Below are positions 60,918 to 64,000 of a stretch of DNA of 64,000 bases, piece by piece. The DNA is from Lepidodermella squamata. Taxonomy: Eukaryota; Animalia; Gastrotricha. The stretch is taken from the NCBI GenBank assembly GCA_047495785.1, contig JBLDXI010000059.1, positions 329,601 through 393,600 on the forward strand. The letters are read 5' to 3'. The first letter of the stretch is position 1. The number at the start of each line of letters is the position of its first letter. The position numbers were made by a program, and so were the translations under genes. The notes beneath the pieces were generated by a model, which was not told the DNA's origin, ran no database searches, and worked only from the letters and a program-made list of their open reading frames with translations.

Positions 60918-62435
60918 AAAACACGGTGCGCTGCCATGCTGATGGCACATTTTACTTTTAATATCATCGCCATCTCGGCCGCAGCAACTGATTTGTCTAG
61001 TTAACGCATTTTCTAAGCGAATGAAAAGCATTCAAAACCTAAAATAAACGTAATTATGCCGAAAAGCCTCGATCGGTCACCAACATATTAGCAGACACCG
61101 GCGGCATGCGCACTACCAACACCGTTGCACGCAGTTATATAGGCAAATATAACACTGTGTCTATATTTTTAACCTTGAAGCACAAATCTATATTTTTTCA
61201 TACTTCAAATATAGATTTGAATATGAACTATATTTCTGATCTATATCTGAAATATAGATTCAGGTGTATCTATATTTTTGACCTGGAAAATCTATATTTT
61301 GAATATAGATGCCCATTTCCAAGCCCAATACTTCCGAGGTCTTGAAACAGCTAATTCTAACGGAAAAACACAGGGATATAGTTTTCGCAACGCAATTTAT
61401 TATGAAAGAAAATGGAGAAATTCAATTTTGAGAATAATTTAGACGGGGACAGCTTGGCAGGCGGGCTGCAAAAATTGGCCGTAGGAACCAGAATTTCTCA
61501 GAAAACTCCGGAAAATCGGGCAGCATTTCGTCCCCGCTGTGCATGAATTCGCAGCGATTCGTGGGTCGGATCGCGCAGAAGATCATCGAACAGGTACGGT
61601 CAGCAAGTCGCCTCCATAGATCGATAGAACGCGCCGGGAACACTGAGCAGAAAATCCAGAAAATCGGACAGCATTTTGACCCCAGTTCGCAGAAATCACC
61701 ACCTTGAAACTTGATTGAACTTGGAGCACTCTGCCAGCGACAGTTCCGATTCGATCACGTTGAAAACATCGACGTACCAAACACCGTTGCGACGCGCTAG
61801 TCCGAAACTGAGCCATTTTCAACAACCAGAGATGAAATTCCGACGGACTGCTGTCGACCTTGTTTCATCGCAACCAAACGTGTCGTTCAAATCGAACCAG
61901 TCTCTTCGGATTGTTTAGGCGCATGGTTTTCGCGAACGTTGATTTCGAAGGAACCAGGTTTCAGGGTTGATGGGTTATCGAACCATTCGGCTTCAATTGC
62001 GGCAGCTTTGCCAATCGCAGCAGAATTCTGGGAGCATTTGTTCGTGAAATTCGAGCAGAATTTCGGTCGGACAGAAAATCGACGTTCAAAACGAGACGAA
62101 ATTCGAACGAATGAGAAAAATGAGCGAGAATGAATAGAAAGCCATTTTTCGATGAAATTTTAAGTTGGATTTTTTATTATTTATTATTTTGCGTTGCGAA
62201 AAATATAGACACCGTGTAATATTTTACGATACAACATTCGTAGAAACCTATATTTTCGTGAAGCACTCGTATAGATCTCGTAAAACTCATTCACCTCGTG
62301 AAATCTCGTCTCCACTCGCCTACCGGCTCGTTCCGCCTCGATTTCACTCGTTTCATTCGTTTTACTCGATCTATATTTCGTGCTTCACTCAAATATAGAT
62401 TCCTACTCATGTTATATCATACAAATGTATAAATA

Positions 62436-62438
<3 letters not shown>

Positions 62439-62467
<29 letters not shown>
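62439..62467. repeat. (AT)n microsatellite
   Basis: Direct reading. Confidence 0.9.
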
Positions 62468-62470
<3 letters not shown>

Positions 62471-64000
62471 AATTATACCGGCTGAGCAAAAAAGAGGCGC
62501 TATTTCTGCACCAGTGCTGCTCTGCCGATGATTGCAAATGATTACCGCTTAAAAATTTGATAAGGTAGTCGCGATCGTGCGAGGGAGTACGGCGCATGTC
62601 GCGCTGATGATAGGGCGAGTGACTATTAGGTAGCCCGGTAGTCATCGCGAGTATAACGGAACTGCTCAGTGTATAGTAGCCAGGGCGGCGGCATTCATCG
62701 AAAAAAGGGGTGCGGGGACGGCGGTGTATCCTTGTGACTAATTGGCTGGACGCTACCCTACTAGGGTAGCCACCAGAGACGGGGGAACGGATTTTTAGCA
62801 ATTTTTAGCAACAAAATGTCTTCTCTGTAATTTTAGCTTTAAGGTATATTGGAATCAAGAATTTGATGTCAGACCTGAGCTATTTGAATGTTAATTATAC
62901 TTATACTTATACTTATGCTAATTACTGACAGAACTGGGGTCATTTCGGACAGCTCAGTGTAAAAATTTAGATTAGGGCCAAAGTTCACACTAAAGCGAGA
63001 TAAAATTTGTTGATTTAAAGGGATTGCATGTTGATGGTTTCGAATTTAAACCCCCGATAGCGAATTGGTGCTCTCAACGCAGTTCAGTGCTATTCTCACT
63101 AAAATATGGCCGCTGCCAAGTGTATCTTGACGATTTTTCAATAATTTTCAGCAACCAGAAAAACAAGTCTCGGGGTCAACCAAGGCTGTTCTGGCTTCAA
63201 CTTATAACCTTATCCAGTTTTATGCAGGTTCCGAATTTCACGTCCCCAACTACATAGGACCTACGGATCCACCTCAAATTTGCATTAATCTTTGAAGCAT
63301 TAATTTGCGATTTTTTTCTACATTTTTGTACGCATTGTTTAAGAGGCAGACATCAACATTTGTGTACATTGAAAGCTCAAACGATGTTTTAGCATTTCGC
63401 CGGTGTGCAATAAAAGCAAAAGCCGCCCTCATTTGCCAACGCTCGCGTTTTTTGGCCCTTGAAACTGCAACAGCCGTAATAGACGCAGTCCTCTAAATCG
63501 CCACTCACATTATTGTGTGCAATTGCGTATTCAAACACGCGATGAGTGACATTTGCATGGACCTTGCTACAAGAATACACTAGGGGATCGAGAATAGCAA
63601 GCCATAGGTCCTGGAATGCCTGGAACTTTCAGGTATCAATGTCAGTGGGAATTACGCGCTGGAATTCAAATTTAAATAAGAATGCCGACAAATTTTAGGC
63701 TTCGGCATTTTATATTGATTTTCCAATTGAATGCTGGTGTGAAAAGCGCCTTGTCTCGCTCATTCGAACGGAATACAATTTATAGAAATACGATTTAGAA
63801 ATGCGGAGATAATGACGGTGAAAACTTGTGTAAATAATCGATGAATCATAAGTGCGTCGCCAGGTTTTTTTCTCAGTTGCTAGGGCGACGTTGATTTTAC
63901 TGGTTAGCCATATCCAAGATAATCTGGTGTTCATGTAATGATTTTCGATGTGGTAGCTAGCATTTGATATGCAAAGTTTGATCATTTGAATTCCAATTGT

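Noticed and set aside
62480-62790. GC-rich segment with hairpin gctaccctactagggtagc next to (AT)n
   Set aside because: No recognisable RNA family, Pol III boxes or TSD could be supported.

Overview
Eukaryotic (invertebrate animal; many ~50-nt introns, T-rich TTTCAG/TTTTAG acceptors, nematode-like but species not identifiable) genomic window. Host genes: WDR26 (9 exons, minus, 4329-12560), a single-exon secreted CULT/cereblon-like gene (35495-35998), a fused glutamyl-prolyl-tRNA synthetase EPRS with two WHEP domains (9 exons, 36227-57807) and two tandem secreted double-ShK-like paralogs (58185-60104). The main discovery candidate is a ~15 kb decayed Helitron2/Helentron-type rolling-circle element (minus, ~19.2-34.4 kb). 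Its HUH Rep-PIF1 helicase is flanked by two USP (C19) deubiquitinase domains. The upstream one has an intact Cys/His/Asp triad. The downstream one is a pseudo-USP that becomes an exact in-frame C-terminal fusion to the helicase once two nested insertions are removed. A second, unrelated pogo-type transposase relic carries an OTU-like domain. Also present: a family of ~30-bp hairpin insertions with 8-bp TSDs, a minimal Penelope-type hammerhead ribozyme in sense orientation in an EPRS intron, a DD35E Tc1 relic and many nested MITEs. All calls come from reading the sequence by eye; no database searches were run and the Helitron termini were not found.
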